Assembly: GCA_030265395.1 (NCBI GenBank)
Contig: JARFYF010000094.1
Coordinates: forward strand, 39,328,488-39,392,487
Reading direction: 5' to 3'
Length of the DNA: 64,000 nucleotides
DNA from: Rhina ancylostomus
Lineage: Eukaryota
Of this stretch, positions 63,258-64,000 are shown piece by piece. The first letter of the stretch is position 1, and each line of letters opens with the position of its first letter. Made by a program: the position numbers and the translations under genes. The notes below the pieces were generated by a model. The model was given only the letters and a program-made list of their open reading frames with translations. It ran no database searches and was not told the DNA's origin.

Positions 63258-63500
63258 AAGCATAAGAACACAAGCAAATAGGAGCAGAAGTAGGCCATTC
63301 AGCCCCTCGAGTCTGCCCCACCATTCCATAAGATCACGGCTGACTTGCTCCAGGCCTCAGCTCTTCTGAGTCAATTCCCTGACCTTTCAAAAATTGATCT
63401 ACTTCTTCTAAATATGCCCAATGAACAAGCATCCACAATATTCTGGGGAGGGAATTCAAAGGATTCACCATCTGTGAGAAGAATGTAATTGAGCTTAGAT
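63258..63500 (-). mobile_element. CR1 3' end
   Basis: cataagaacacaagcaaataggagcagaagtaggccattcagcccctcgag...gaattcaaaggattcacca. Confidence 0.88.
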
Positions 63501-64000
63501 GGTTTATTAGTATAAAAATGGACCTGAATTGCCACCATGAGCTCACGTATCAAATTAGCTAACTAACAAAATGTGCAAAAGAGAAAGAGTCGGGTGAAGG
63601 GTCTGAGAGAAGGATGAAGGTGTTGTGGTCACCATATTCACCCAGCACGAGCAACTGAAGTCTATTGAATGACTTTCCCATCCGCATGCTGCTGTCAACT
63701 GACCACTGGATCAGGAGCCCAGACCCCATCCACTGCCAGTGAAGTCCTTTAAATATCCAAGATGACCACTGAATAGAAATAGTATTTTTAACTCAGGCCC
63801 AAGCAAAGAAGCTGCCATGATCAAGCAGGTCAGAAACAGATTGGGATATGAGGATGTCCTGGAGGGGAAGCTTTTGCTTTACTTAACCTGTGGAGCTCCT
63901 ACAGTTATTACAAGGACTCCTTAAGCTCTTTCCCTGAGTCACTCACTCCTTGCCTTCCGCCCACATTACATACCCAGAACCTACTTACCCACAAGTTGTC

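Noticed and set aside
1-64000. Prokaryotic systems (CRISPR arrays, operons, defence islands)
   Set aside because: No gene-dense ORFs or regularly spaced repeat-spacer arrays; the content is vertebrate retroelement-rich DNA

Overview
Eukaryotic, repeat-rich, apparently intronic or intergenic DNA from a draft assembly with many N gaps. The repeat content (CR1/HER1-type LINE relics, tRNA-derived V-SINEs of the HE1 type, DeuSINE-like relics, L2/CR1-group and RTE fragments, Penelope-like elements) points to a cartilaginous fish; this is inference from repeat families only. I can support no host protein-coding gene. Every recognisable ORF is a decayed retroelement piece (CR1 RT, APE endonuclease, Penelope RT/GIY-YIG). 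Worth follow-up: (1) minimal type-I hammerhead ribozyme motifs in Penelope pLTRs, one nearly canonical at 45742-45779 (-), and three solo copies sharing a non-canonical CAGAUGA core; (2) a ~290-bp-arm inverted repeat at 11660-12770 of no recognisable origin; (3) a locally generated inverted duplication of a LINE endonuclease relic at 21735-22441; (4) an exon-like segment with strong splice signals at 57203-57332; (5) repeat-free, CpG-retaining, motif-dense islands resembling conserved non-coding enhancers, especially 61500-62930; (6) two unassigned coding-like inserts. Repeat boundaries are by-eye estimates and family names come from recalled motifs, not database searches.
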